Shown here piece by piece: positions 32,286 to 44,858 of a stretch of DNA of 48,215 nt. The notes under the pieces are model-generated. The model saw only the letters and a program-made list of their open reading frames with translations. It ran no database searches and was not told the DNA's origin. The position numbers and the translations under genes are program-made. Every line of letters starts with the position of its first letter. The stretch's first letter is position 1. Source of the stretch: Eledone cirrhosa (Eukaryota); the NCBI GenBank assembly GCA_964016885.1, contig CAXHJY010001427.1, positions 1 through 48,215 of the forward strand, given 5' to 3'.

Positions 32286-35200
32286 AATATGAATCTGCGA
32301 GCTACCAAGCACCCACGTGAAGCGCCAACCCAGAGACCCTCCCCTACGAGTGTCGACAAATGCGCAAAACTCCGAGTTGGTACCATCAATGTAGGCTCAA
32401 TGAAAGGAAGAGCAGGAGAAATCGTAGAAATGCTAGAGCGAAAGGAAGTTGATGTATGCTGTGTGCAAGAGACTAGATGGAGAGGAGGGTCTGCTAGAGT
32501 CCTTGTAGGAAAAAGCCAGTGCTACAAATTTTTCTGGGTGGGAAATGACGATGGGATGGGTGGTGTAGGTATACTATTAGCTGACAAGTGGGTAGATAAA
32601 GTAATCTCAGTGTACAGGGTAAATGCAAGAATCATTAAACTCAGACTAGTCCTGAATAAGACAATTACCACAATAATATCAGCTTACGCACCCCAATCGG
32701 GGCTGCCAGACGAACTTAAGGATAGGTTTTACGAGTCCCTAATACACACTACTGCTCTAACAGACGACAAGGACTTCCTAATCATTGCAGGAGATTTTAA
32801 CGGACACGTAGGTAAACACTGCGACGGCTTCAATAGAGTACATGGAGGCCATGGAGTTGGCACAAGGAATGAGGAAGGATTCAGACTTCTAGAATTCTGC
32901 GACGCCAATGACATGTCGATATGTAACACAAACTTTAAAAAACCCGACAACCACCTGATCACCTATAGATCAGGGGAGCACTCTAGTCAGTTAGATTTTA
33001 TCCTCATCAGAGGACGTGACAGATGGACGGTCGTAAACACAAAAGCCTTCCCTAGTGAGGAATGTACATCCCAACATAGCTTAGTTGTCAGCGACCTCAC
33101 GGTCAGAACTAGACGAGCCCTGAAACAGAGGCCAACCTGGAGAAGAAAGATCTGGAAGCTGAAAGTCCCCTCAACCAGTAACAGATTTAAAGATATTTTA
33201 CTCAACGCCTACGACAGTAAAGAAGAACAGATAGAGACATTTAACGTAGAAGAGAACTGGGAGTTCCTAAAAAATAACTTACTAGAGGCGACGGATGAGG
33301 TTTGTGGCTGGAGTAAGACCTCAAGCAGGAGGAGAGTGACTTGGTGGTGGAACAATAAGGTAGATGAAGCAGTCAAGGCCAAGAGACAGGCATGGAAAGA
33401 ATGGAAGAACGGGGGGAGCAGGGTACATTACATAGAGACCAAGAGGGAAGCTAGGCGACAAGTATACTTAGCTAGGAGGGAAGCAGAGGATAGAAAATTC
33501 AAGCATGTTTTACAACGTGAGGACCAGAAACAGGAGGTATTCAAGATTGCGAGGCAGTGTGTCAGAGATAGTTGTGATGTCATTGGAGAGAAGTGTATCC
33601 GGAATGATAAAGGTGAGCTTGCCCTCACAAGTGCTGAGAAGAAAGATGCATGGAAGAGTCATTATGATAGATTACTAAATGAGGAGAATGCATGGGAAGA
33701 AGAGACCCTACCCCACGTAGACCCTATAGAGGGACCAGCAGTACAAGTCAGCGGCAGCGTAGTAAGTAAGGCAATCAGAGATATGAAGATAGGGAAGGCA
33801 ACCGGTCCATCGGGTATAGCTGCCGAGATGCTGAAGGCATCTGGGTCTGTAGGTCACACTATAACCACACGTATCGTTAACCAGGTAATACTAGAGGGGG
33901 CCATACCAAAAGATTGGTGCAGTAGCATCATTGTCAACTGCTACAAAGGTAAAGGCGATGCACTAGATAGAGGAAACTATAGAGGTATAAAGTTGATGGA
34001 CCAGGTCATGAAAGTAACAGAAAGAGTTATAGCACAGCTGATTAGGGACCGGGTGAATATAGACGAGATGCAATTTGGGTTTGTACCAGGGAAAGGCACC
34101 ACTGATGCGCTCTTCCTTGTGAGGCAATTACAGGAAAAGTACCTAGCTAAAAGTAAGCCACTCTACTTGGCATTTGTCGACCTTGAGAAAGCCTTTGACA
34201 GAGTTCCACGTGCAGTAATCTGGTGGGCTCTTAGAAAACTAGGAGTAGATGAATGGCTTGTGAAAGCGGTACAAGCCATGTATAGGGGAGCAGTCAGCAA
34301 AGTTAGGATTGGCAATGAGTATAGCGAGGAATTTAGCGTACAGGTTGGGGTCCACCAGGGCTCTGTTCTTAGCCCTCTCCTGTTCATCATAGTCCTGCAG
34401 GCAATAACGGAGGAGTTTAAGACCGGATGCCCATGGGAACTCCTGTATGCTGATGACCTCGCACTCATAGCTGAATCTATGGTAGAACTAGAGAATAAAT
34501 TCCAAACCTGGAAGCAGGGACTAGAGAGAAAGGGCCTCAAAGTCAACATGACAAAGACTAAGGTCCTTATAAGTAGACGAGAAAACAGAACCCAGATCCC
34601 CTCAGGGAAATGGCCTTGCTCAGTATGTAGGAAAGGTGTAGGTAGGAACTCCATTCTTTGCCCCAAATACAAACAATGGGTACACAAGAGATGTAGCGGG
34701 ATCTCAGGAAGCTTAATTAAGAATGTAGGATTCACATGCAGCAGCTGTGCTGAAACAGCAAGCAAACAGCCACAGGAAACAAGTACCACCAATCTCTGGG
34801 AGGGCCCTGTAGAAACAGTAGACAGCTTCTGCTACCTAGGTGACCGAATTAGCAACGGAGGTGGGTGCTCAGAAAGTACAATAACTAGGGTAAGAACGGG
34901 ATGGAAGAAGTTTAGGGAACTACTACCACTGCTAGCTGCAAAAGGCTTCTCCCTCAGAATGAAAGGCAGACTGTATGATGCGTGTATCCGAACAGCGATG
35001 TTGCATGGTAGTGAGACCTGGGCGCTGAAGGTGGAAGACTTACGTAGATTAGAGAGAAACGAAGCCTGCATGCTCCGATGGATGTGTAACAGTAATATAC
35101 GTGAACGACAAAGCATAAAGGAATTGAGAGAGAGACTGAGCATAAGAGGAATCAAATGCTGCGTGCAGGAGAGGCGGTTACGCTGGTATGGACATGTGAT

Positions 35201-35711
35201 GCGTATGAAGGATGACAGCTGCATAAAAAGGTGCAGAGCACTAGAAGTTGATGGAAACCGCGGAGTGGGGAGACCCAAGATGACTTGGGATGAGGTGATA
35301 AAAGCCGACCTTACCCAACTACACCTCTCAAAGTCAATGACACACGACCGTGACTTCTGGCGTCACGCAGTAATACAGGGTACCCGACCTCCCATGGGTA
35401 CATGCTGAAGCATATAAACAATATGCCCCCCCCCCCCACACCGCAAGGTGGTCGTGGAGGTGCCACGGCAAAAAAGCACCCAGCCCACACTGTAAAGTGG
35501 ACGTGTAGGCGCCACGAAAAAGCACCCAGCACTCACTGTAAATGAGGTTGGTGTTAGGAAGGGCATCCAGCTGTAGAAATCAAGCCAGATCAGTTCCTGT
35601 ATGAGCAAGGCATGGTCAGCCGACCAGACACTGCCCACAACAGGACAACCCGTCTAACCCATGCTAGCGTGGAAGAACGGACGTAAAACGGTGATGATGA
35701 TGATGATGATG

Positions 35712-35713
<2 letters not shown>
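32286..35713 (+). mobile_element. RTE LINE copy 1 (5' UTR may extend upstream)
   Basis: ORF + ~290-bp 3' UTR + (GAT)n tail. Confidence 0.9.
32289..35408 (+). CDS. RTE-clade LINE ORF (APE + RT + PHD-like insert), copy 1, 1039 aa
   Basis: TINVGS, VQETRW, AYAPQ, GDFNGH; [27 protein letters not shown]; [14 protein letters not shown]. Confidence 0.93.
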   Translation: MNLRATKHPREAPTQRPSPTSVDKCAKLRVGTINVGSMKGRAGEIVEMLERKEVDVCCVQETRWRGGSARVLVGKSQCYKFFWVGNDDGMGGVGILLADKWVDKVISVYRVNARIIKLRLVLNKTITTIISAYAPQSGLPDELKDRFYESLIHTTALTDDKDFLIIAGDFNGHVGKHCDGFNRVHGGHGVGTRNEEGFRLLEFCDANDMSICNTNFKKPDNHLITYRSGEHSSQLDFILIRGRDRWTVVNTKAFPSEECTSQHSLVVSDLTVRTRRALKQRPTWRRKIWKLKVPSTSNRFKDILLNAYDSKEEQIETFNVEENWEFLKNNLLEATDEVCGWSKTSSRRRVTWWWNNKVDEAVKAKRQAWKEWKNGGSRVHYIETKREARRQVYLARREAEDRKFKHVLQREDQKQEVFKIARQCVRDSCDVIGEKCIRNDKGELALTSAEKKDAWKSHYDRLLNEENAWEEETLPHVDPIEGPAVQVSGSVVSKAIRDMKIGKATGPSGIAAEMLKASGSVGHTITTRIVNQVILEGAIPKDWCSSIIVNCYKGKGDALDRGNYRGIKLMDQVMKVTERVIAQLIRDRVNIDEMQFGFVPGKGTTDALFLVRQLQEKYLAKSKPLYLAFVDLEKAFDRVPRAVIWWALRKLGVDEWLVKAVQAMYRGAVSKVRIGNEYSEEFSVQVGVHQGSVLSPLLFIIVLQAITEEFKTGCPWELLYADDLALIAESMVELENKFQTWKQGLERKGLKVNMTKTKVLISRRENRTQIPSGKWPCSVCRKGVGRNSILCPKYKQWVHKRCSGISGSLIKNVGFTCSSCAETASKQPQETSTTNLWEGPVETVDSFCYLGDRISNGGGCSESTITRVRTGWKKFRELLPLLAAKGFSLRMKGRLYDACIRTAMLHGSETWALKVEDLRRLERNEACMLRWMCNSNIRERQSIKELRERLSIRGIKCCVQERRLRWYGHVMRMKDDSCIKRCRALEVDGNRGVGRPKMTWDEVIKADLTQLHLSKSMTHDRDFWRHAVIQGTRPPMGTC

Positions 35714-35772
<59 letters not shown>

Positions 35773-35775
35773 AAT

Positions 35776-35808
<33 letters not shown>

Positions 35809-35813
35809 TAAAT

Positions 35814-35869
<56 letters not shown>

Positions 35870-35895
35870 TTAAATATATATATATATATAAATAT

Positions 35896-38800
35896 ATATA
35901 TGAATCTGCGAGCTACCAAGCACCCACGTGAAGCGCCAACCCAGAGACCCTCCCCTACGAGTGTCGACAAATGCCCAAAACTCCGAGTTGGTACCATCAA
36001 TGTAGGCTCAATGAAAGGAAGAGCAGGAGAAATCGTAGAAATGCTAGAGCGAAAGGAAGTTGATGTATGCTGTGTGCAAGAGACTAGATGGAGAGGAGGG
36101 TCTGCTAGAGTCCTTGTAGGAAAAAGCCAGTGCTACAAATTTTTCTGGGTGGGAAATGACGATGGGATGGGTGGTGTAGGTATACTATTAGCTGACAAGT
36201 GGGTAGATAAAGTAATCTCAGTGTACAGGGTAAATGCAAGAATCATTAAACTCAGACTAGTCCTGAATAAGACAATTACCACAATAATATCAGCTTACGC
36301 ACCCCAATCGGGGCTGCCAGACGAACTTAAGGATAGGTTTTACGAGTCCCTAATACACACTACTGCTCTAACAGACGACAAGGACTTCCTAATCATTGCA
36401 GGAGATTTTAACGGACACGTAGGTAAACACTGCGACGGCTTCAATAGAGTACATGGAGGCCATGGAGTTGGCACAAGGAATGAGGAAGGATTCAGACTTC
36501 TAGAATTCTGCGACGCCAATGACATGTCGATATGTAACACAAACTTTAAAAAACCCGACAACCACCTGATCACCTATAGATCAGGGGAGCACTCTAGTCA
36601 GTTAGATTTTATCCTCATCAGAGGACGTGACAGATGGACGGTCGTAAACACAAAAGCCTTCCCTAGTGAGGAATGTACATCCCAACATAGCTTAGTTGTC
36701 AGCGACCTCACGGTCAGAACTAGACGAGCCCTGAAACAGAGGCCAACCTGGAGAAGAAAGATCTGGAAGCTGAAAGTCCCCTCAACCAGTAACAGATTTA
36801 AAGATATTTTACTCAACGCCTACGACAGTAAAGAAGAACAGATAGAGACATTTAACGTAGAAGAGAACTGGGAGTTCCTAAAAAATAACTTACTAGAGGC
36901 GACGGATGAGGTTTGTGGCTGGAGTAAGACCTCAAGCAGGAGGAGAGTGACTTGGTGGTGGAACAATAAGGTAGATGAAGCAGTCAAGGCCAAGAGACAG
37001 GCATGGAAAGAATGGAAGAACGGGGGGAGCAGGGTACATTACATAGAGACCAAGAGGGAAGCTAGGCGACAAGTATACTTAGCTAGGAGGGAAGCAGAGG
37101 ATAGAAAATTCAAGCATGTTTTACAACGTGAGGACCAGAAACAGGAGGTATTCAAGATTGCGAGGCAGTGTGTCAGAGATAGTTGTGATGTCATTGGAGA
37201 GAAGTGTATCCGGAATGATAAAGGTGAGCTTGCCCTCACAAGTGCTGAGAAGAAAGATGCATGGAAGAGTCATTATGATAGATTACTAAATGAGGAGAAT
37301 GCATGGGAAGAAGAGACCCTACCCCACGTAGACCCTATAGAGGGACCAGCAGTACAAGTCAGCGGCAGCGTAGTAAGTAAGGCAATCAGAGATATGAAGA
37401 TAGGGAAGGCAACCGGTCCATCGGGTATAGCTGCCGAGATGCTGAAGGCATCTGGGTCTGTAGGTCACACTATAACCACACGTATCGTTAACCAGGTAAT
37501 ACTAGAGGGGGCCATACCAAAAGATTGGTGCAGTAGCATCATTGTCAACTGCTACAAAGGTAAAGGCGATGCACTAGATAGAGGAAACTATAGAGGTATA
37601 AAGTTGATGGACCAGGTCATGAAAGTAACAGAAAGAGTTATAGCACAGCTGATTAGGGACCGGGTGAATATAGACGAGATGCAATTTGGGTTTGTACCAG
37701 GGAAAGGCACCACTGATGCGCTCTTCCTTGTGAGGCAATTACAGGAAAAGTACCTAGCTAAAAGTAAGCCACTCTACTTGGCATTTGTCGACCTTGAGAA
37801 AGCCTTTGACAGAGTTCCACGTGCAGTAATCTGGTGGGCTCTTAGAAAACTAGGAGTAGATGAATGGCTTGTGAAAGCGGTACAAGCCATGTATAGGGGA
37901 GCAGTCAGCAAAGTTAGGATTGGCAATGAGTATAGCGAGGAATTTAGCGTACAGGTTGGGGTCCACCAGGGCTCTGTTCTTAGCCCTCTCCTGTTCATCA
38001 TAGTCCTGCAGGCAATAACGGAGGAGTTTAAGACCGGATGCCCATGGGAACTCCTGTATGCTGATGACCTCGCACTCATAGCTGAATCTATGGTAGAACT
38101 AGAGAATAAATTCCAAACCTGGAAGCAGGGACTAGAGAGAAAGGGCCTCAAAGTCAACATGACAAAGACTAAGGTCCTTATAAGTAGACGAGAAAACAGA
38201 ACCCAGATCCCCTCAGGGAAATGGCCTTGCTCAGTATGTAGGAAAGGTGTAGGTAGGAACTCCATTCTTTGCCCCAAATGCAAACAATGGGTACACAAGA
38301 GATGTAGCGGGATCTCAGGAAGCTTAATTAAGAATGTAGGATTCACATGCAGCAGCTGTGCTGAAACAGCAAGCAAACAGCCACAGGAAACAAGTACCAC
38401 CAATCTCTGGGAGGGCCCTGTAGAAACAGTAGACAGCTTCTGCTACCTAGGTGACCGAATTAGCAACGGAGGTGGGTGCTCAGAAAGTACAATAACTAGG
38501 GTAAGAACGGGATGGAAGAAGTTTAGGGAACTACTACCACTGCTAGCTGCAAAAGGCTTCTCCCTCAGAATGAAAGGCAGACTGTATGATGCGTGTATCC
38601 GAACAGCGATGTTGCATGGTAGTGAGACCTGGGCGCTGAAGGTGGAAGACTTACGTAGATTAGAGAGAAACGAAGCCTGCATGCTCCGATGGATGTGTAA
38701 CAGTAATATACGTGAACGACAAAGCATAAATGAATTGAGAGAGAGACTGAGCATAAGAGGAATCAAATGCTGCGTGCAGGAGAGGCGGTTACGCTGGTAT

Positions 38801-39312
38801 GGACATGTGATGCGTATGAAGGATGACAGCTGCATAAAAAGGTGCAGAGCACTAGAAGTTGATGGAAACCGCGGAGTGGGGAGACCCAAGATGACTTGGG
38901 ATGAGGTGATAAAAGCCGACCTTACCCAACTACACCTCTCAAAGTCAATGACACACGACCGTGACTTCTGGCGTCACGCAGTAATACAGGGTACCCGACC
39001 TCCCATGGGTACATGCTGAAGCATATAAACAATATGCCCCCCCCCCCCCCACCGCAAGGTGGTCGTGGAGGTGCCACGGCAAAAAAGCACCCAGCCCACA
39101 CTGTAAAGTGGACGTGTAGGCGCCACGAAAAAGCACCCAGCACTCACTGTAAATGAGGTTGGTGTTAGGAAGGGCATCCAGCTGTAGAAATCAAGCCAGA
39201 TCAGTTCCTGTATGAGCAAGGCATGGTCAGCCGACCAGACACTGCCCACAACAGGACAACCCGTCTAACCCATGCTAGCGTGGAAGAACGGACGTAAAAC
39301 GGTGATGATGAT
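35896..39312 (+). mobile_element. RTE LINE copy 2
   Basis: Begins at the (TA)n/ATG junction; shorter (GAT)n tail. Confidence 0.9.
35900..39019 (+). CDS. RTE-clade LINE ORF, copy 2, 1039 aa
   Basis: Differs from copy 1 at three residues that I could see (A/P, Y/C, K/N). Confidence 0.93.
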   Translation: MNLRATKHPREAPTQRPSPTSVDKCPKLRVGTINVGSMKGRAGEIVEMLERKEVDVCCVQETRWRGGSARVLVGKSQCYKFFWVGNDDGMGGVGILLADKWVDKVISVYRVNARIIKLRLVLNKTITTIISAYAPQSGLPDELKDRFYESLIHTTALTDDKDFLIIAGDFNGHVGKHCDGFNRVHGGHGVGTRNEEGFRLLEFCDANDMSICNTNFKKPDNHLITYRSGEHSSQLDFILIRGRDRWTVVNTKAFPSEECTSQHSLVVSDLTVRTRRALKQRPTWRRKIWKLKVPSTSNRFKDILLNAYDSKEEQIETFNVEENWEFLKNNLLEATDEVCGWSKTSSRRRVTWWWNNKVDEAVKAKRQAWKEWKNGGSRVHYIETKREARRQVYLARREAEDRKFKHVLQREDQKQEVFKIARQCVRDSCDVIGEKCIRNDKGELALTSAEKKDAWKSHYDRLLNEENAWEEETLPHVDPIEGPAVQVSGSVVSKAIRDMKIGKATGPSGIAAEMLKASGSVGHTITTRIVNQVILEGAIPKDWCSSIIVNCYKGKGDALDRGNYRGIKLMDQVMKVTERVIAQLIRDRVNIDEMQFGFVPGKGTTDALFLVRQLQEKYLAKSKPLYLAFVDLEKAFDRVPRAVIWWALRKLGVDEWLVKAVQAMYRGAVSKVRIGNEYSEEFSVQVGVHQGSVLSPLLFIIVLQAITEEFKTGCPWELLYADDLALIAESMVELENKFQTWKQGLERKGLKVNMTKTKVLISRRENRTQIPSGKWPCSVCRKGVGRNSILCPKCKQWVHKRCSGISGSLIKNVGFTCSSCAETASKQPQETSTTNLWEGPVETVDSFCYLGDRISNGGGCSESTITRVRTGWKKFRELLPLLAAKGFSLRMKGRLYDACIRTAMLHGSETWALKVEDLRRLERNEACMLRWMCNSNIRERQSINELRERLSIRGIKCCVQERRLRWYGHVMRMKDDSCIKRCRALEVDGNRGVGRPKMTWDEVIKADLTQLHLSKSMTHDRDFWRHAVIQGTRPPMGTC

Positions 39313-39336
39313 ATATATAAATATATATATATATAA

Positions 39337-39431
<95 letters not shown>

Positions 39432-39438
39432 TATAAAT

Positions 39439-39613
<175 letters not shown>

Positions 39614-39617
39614 AATA

Positions 39618-39708
<91 letters not shown>

Positions 39709-39744
39709 TTATATATATATAAATATAAATATATATATAAATAT

Positions 39745-39827
<83 letters not shown>

Positions 39828-39832
<5 letters not shown>

Positions 39833-41427
39833 ATACTTTGGGAGGGTCATGTTGCCAATAAGAAACACACGCACCAGTTGCTTTCACTTCAATTTATTAT
39901 ATATTTATAAATTCATAAATTTACAAATCTACAAACTTATAAATTATAAATTTCTGGTTGGTTGGTTCCACAACCAGATAGTTGTTTATATATATAGTCA
40001 TAGTCCTTTCGTCACACACTCTGTGACCTCTTCAGTGACTGGGGATTCCTTTCTTCGTTTCTGTGCCTTTTCTTTCTTCTATCCTACGCCATTTTGTTTC
40101 TGTGTGTGTGTTGTGTGCTCAGTTTGCGCATGTGCCACATCCGGGTGTCTGTGTGTGTTTGTGTTCATTTTTCTATTTGTTTATTTATTTATTGTTGGTT
40201 GGTTGTTTGTTCTATGTGTGTGTGTGTTTTCATTTTGTCCTGTGTGTGTTTTCATTTTGTGTGTGTTTTCAATTGTAAGTTGTTTGTTCTATGTGTATGT
40301 GTGTTTTCATTTTGTCCTTAATTGTAAGTTGTGATGTTGCTGTTTCACTCATATTTTCTATTTAATTTTGGTTTTAATTCTTTTATGCTTACTGCCTCTG
40401 TAATTTGCCTAAACATTGCGTCTTTTCTGTGCATGGATTCTATTTTTATTTCTATGCTCTCTAATCTACCCCTGTGTTCTATCTTAGCATGTTGGTAGAG
40501 CACAGATGATTCTTTATTATCTTGGAGGTCTCGCCAGTGTTCATTTATTCGTTCCCCTATACTACGAGCTGTCTCACCTATGTACACTATATTTTTGTTT
40601 CTACATTGTCCTTCAGTACATCTTATGCTATACACTACATTTCTAGTTTTACAGTTAATATGGGGGCTTATTTTACAGGTTATACATTTCTTATCTATAC
40701 ATGAGGGTCTTTGGAACGGGTATGTCTTGCTAATAAGTGTTTTTACGGAGGTACCAGGTCTTTCTACTATCTTAATATTGAGATTATGTTTATTTAGGGC
40801 CTTTCTAAATTTGTAGGCTAGTTCGCCTCTAGGGGTTGTATTGATGAACATTACACTCTGGTATTTATTGCTATCATACCATGAGTTTATTCTATTGGCC
40901 TTGTTCCTAGTTCTTTCTATTCTATTCCAAAATTTGCTCCTATACAAGGGGCAGGTCCCATTTATGTCATTATTTACCATTTTTTCCCATTTGGTTCTGG
41001 CTCCTTTATACACTCTGATTCTATCTCTCTGATTGTAGCCAGAGAACTGCATACGGTGGATGAAGTGTTGTATGTGTCTCTCTAGTTCTTCGGGGTTGCA
41101 CATGCGGGACACATTTCTCATCACCCGTACCAAATCCGCAATCAGTATGTTGATTTTGGTATGGTCCGAAATGGCCGAGTTTCGGTGGATCAGATGTTTG
41201 GAAGTCATGGGTTTGGCATAATGGGAATGGAGGATTTGTTTTTGGTTGTTAATGGTATCTAACCAGAGCTCTGTGTCTAGTACAGGTAATCGATGGTTGG
41301 GGTGTCTACTTGGGTAGTCTATAGTAACTCTAATGCTCTGGTGGATGGAGTTTGCTATTTGCTGGATGCTTTCCATTGTGTTTTTCTCTAGTTCCTGACT
41401 GTTCTTTAGAGAAAAACACAATGGAAA
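39828..41427 (-). mobile_element. 5'-truncated Neptune/Nematis-type PLE (copy J)
   Basis: ORF 40345-41421: LPVLDTELW, YAKPMTSK, MQFSGY, Cys linker, VVY..YIGETARSIGER; 3' terminus shared with copy B. Confidence 0.88.
39996..40040 (-). ncRNA. Minimal type I HHR with 1-nt insertion after A9
   Basis: AGTCA-CTGAAGA-G-GTCACA/TGTGAC-GAAAG GA CTA-TGACT. Confidence 0.8.
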
Positions 41428-41429
41428 AC

Positions 41430-41651
41430 ATTTTTGTTGGAAGGAGGATTTCGTCTAGAATTAAAAAGATGATCGAGGAAGTTGTGTTCTTTGGTATGAA
41501 AGTTCCCTTTTAGGCGCTGGTCATAGAAATAGGCTGTCCATCTAAGTCTTCTTACGAAGGAGTCAGTTTTTTCAATAAGAAGTTTGGTGAATTCAGATTT
41601 ACCAGGTATAGGAATGTCTTTAGTTGAATTGGTTATGTTGTAATAATCCAT
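41430..41651 (-). pseudogene. Inverted N-terminal 74 codons of copy K
   Basis: MDYYNITNSTKDIPIP..FVRRLRW..PPSNKN; homologous to the copy I N-terminus (FIRRVRWK..KNPP). Confidence 0.85.
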
Positions 41652-41734
41652 GTTGTAGAAGAAGAGGTGAAGGACCATCAAAAGGTATCCAATATGAGAG
41701 TAAGCGCTCAACCGTTAAGGAGCAAGTTAATGTT

Positions 41735-43927
41735 TCCAACAAAAATCTAGTACAATTCGAGGAAGAATTAACTAAAATAATAAAAAATCTTAAATTCAAG
41801 AGATACCCTTACAAAGGACAAGAGCACCTTGTAAATCTCAAGAACACAATCTCTAACCTAAATTCCTCAAAAAATGTTTTAGTCCACTCTGACAAAACCA
41901 ATAACCTATATGGTATTTCCAAGGATAATTATAACAACCTTATCCTAAAGGAACTTAGGAAAAAGTATCGTAAAACCAACCATGAAAATTTAGAATGCAT
42001 AAACCTTGAAGCCTATGAGATTATGTCAAAACTTGGCATTGAAAAAAAGACCGAACCATTCCTCCCAAGAACTCCGAGGATAAATCTCAAGGATCACAAA
42101 AACAATTTTCGCACTGAACTACCTGTTAGATTAATCGCCCCCTCTAAATCTGATCTGGGGGTTGTTAGTAAAGCCATCTTGGATAGAATTATCCCACAGG
42201 TTAGTTCTAATTGCTCTTCTTTGAACCTAAATTTATGGTTTGGTACTTCTGAAGTGATTGGCTGGTTCAACAAATTGGATAATAAAAACAAACTAAAATT
42301 TATTCAATTTGATATTGCCAGCTACTATTCCTCCATTTCGCCTTCACTTCTCAATAATGCTCTATCTTTCGCACTTAAATATTCTGACATCACCACAGAT
42401 GAACTTCACATCATCCTCACCGCACGTAAAACCATCCTAGAGTTCAACAACGAATATTGGACCAGAGCCGATACCTCTAACAACTTCGACATCACAATGG
42501 GAGCATCCGATTCATCCCAATTGACTGATTTAATTGGTATCTTCATTTTAAACTCTTTGAGTCGGAAAATTCCTCAACTTCGCGGTGGAATTTATCGTGA
42601 CGATGGACTCTTTACTATACTAAATTGCAATATAGTTAACCTTAATATTATTAAGAACAATATACGTAATCTCTTTAACCAACATAACCTAAAAATTGAA
42701 TTTGATAATAGTATCAAACTAGCTAATTTCTTGGATGTATCTCTTAATCTTGACACTGGCCTATATTACCCTTACCATAAAAACAATGAGAACCTTAATT
42801 ATGTTAACTTTAAATCTAACCATCCTACCAATATCAAGAATGCTATAGTTAATAATATTGGAAATAGAATATCTAACATATCTTCTAACAAAAACATCTT
42901 TGATGCTAACGCCAATTACTATAATAACGCACTTTCTAAAGCCGGCTATCCAGATAAAATCAAATATAGTAAAGAAACAAATTCTAGAAAAACTTACAGT
43001 AGAATAATTAATCATGACCATTCCAATAACTTTAATAAAAGACCTAGATACAAAAACATAATCTGGTATAATGCTCCTTTCTCCATCTCTATTAATAACA
43101 ATATTCCTAAATTATTTTTTAGTGCCTTAAATAAATGCTTCCCTCCCTCACATATCTATAGTAAAATATTTAACAAACACACCATCAAATTTTCGTATTC
43201 TACATCCTCCAATATTTCCAACATCATCTCTAAACACAACAATAAAATACTAAATACTAAATCTCTTCCTTCCAATATTGAATTTCATAATAACAGTAAT
43301 AGTACTCCCGACGTCACTGTAAACCCTAGGCTAACTTCTGTAAACCCAAATACAACGTCAAACACAACTTCGCTAAATGTTCATAATCCAACTCTAAATC
43401 AAGAAACTATTATTCCTATTATTCCTATCGCAAACAACTTCTCCAATCCAATTCCTTCTATAGATAACACTAGATCACTCATTAATAATCTCTCTAATTG
43501 CAACTGCCGCATTAAAAATAAATGTCCTCTCAACAACCATTGTCTCGATAAAAACTTAATTTATGAATGTAAAATTATAACTAGCACCAATTCCTTCACC
43601 TATTTTGGCTCCCCTTCCACCTCTTTTAAAGCTTGTCTCTATAATCATCATTCATCTTTCAAATACAAACTTAAAAGAACTAACACTGCTCTCTCAGAAC
43701 TCATATGGTCCTTAAAAGACAAAAACATTAAATATACCATCTTTTGGAAGAAGATTTCTTCTGCATCCTCATACTTGAACAGCTCTCTATCTAAAATCTG
43801 TAATCTCTGCCTAAATGAAAAATTTACCATTATCTCTAACCTAGATTCTATAATAAATAGACGCAGAGATTTGTTTTCTATCTGCCTGCATAAATTCCAT
43901 AGAACTTTTCACAAAGTATACAGTTAA
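41735..43927 (+). pseudogene. PLE RT-GIY-YIG ORF body (N-terminus detached by inversion)
   Basis: SDKT, LKDHK, QFDIASYYSSI, MGASDSSQLTDLIG, YRDDG, FLDV, CNC..CP...C, LIY..YFG, CNLC..E, CLH; uninterrupted frame. Confidence 0.9.
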
Positions 43928-44436
43928 TATTCAATTCTTTATCAATTCAGAATCTTTTCTCAAAGGCACATATACATATACCTCTTTAAAATATACCCAT
44001 CTACCTTACTTTAAAGGGCATTATACACTCTATAATACTTGTTTACTCATTACCCTCATTCTATCTTCACCTTGTAAAATCATAACATATACATTTGTTG
44101 TTTTTTGACGTTAGAATATTCATCCGCAATCATTATTATTTTTTCTCTCTATCATAAATCTTTTTAATCTCAATTTCATCCTTAATTTATTATTTTTTTC
44201 TCCCCATCAACGAACTCATTATTAATACATATTAACTCTTTATTCGCATATATTATCAATTCAACCAATATACAAACTTTAACTTCACATTATTTTTCTC
44301 AAATCCTTCTACACACAAACCTTAATAATTTTTCTCTTCGTTAATTTTGAAATTTCCACAATACATACATTTCTTTTTTTGACGTTAGAACATTCATCCA
44401 CAATTATTATTTTTTTCTCTCTATCTTCATACATAA

Positions 44437-44858
44437 TTTCCCTTCGTTAATTTTCAAATTCCTTTAATTTATACATTATCTTCCAACGGTTCCCAACCTC
44501 TCTATGTTAAAACAATATATCTTTTTCTCAGTTATAAAAACTATCTCTTTCTCTCTATCACCCATCTCTCCCTCTCCACCTTCACTCTCATCTCCTCCCC
44601 CTTTTTTTCATCCTTTCCCCCCCCCCTCCCTAAATAAAATATTTTTTCCTCGCACATATCCTCCCTTCGTTAATTTTCAAAATTTTGAATTTATACAGTA
44701 TCTTCCAACGGTTTTCAACCTCTCTATGTAAAAAATATATCTCCTCTCAGTTATAAAAACTATCTCTTTCTCTCTATCACCCATCTCTCCCTCTCATCTC
44801 CTTCCCTTTTCATCCTTTCCAGCCCCCCCCCCCTCTCTAAATAAAATATTTTTTTCCC
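44437..44858 (+). repeat. Imperfect ~220-bp tandem duplication in copy K 3' UTR
   Basis: CCCTTCGTTAATTTTCAAA..TATCTTCCAACGG..TAAATAAAATATTTTT occurs twice. Confidence 0.8.

Noticed and set aside
31516-32288. RTE ORF1 or 5' HDV-like ribozyme
   Set aside because: Only short stop-interrupted frames and no HDV fold found by eye; left as a possible 5' UTR
34163-35638. Antisense ORFs over the RTE and PLE coding regions
   Set aside because: Shadows of the sense ORFs with no independent motifs
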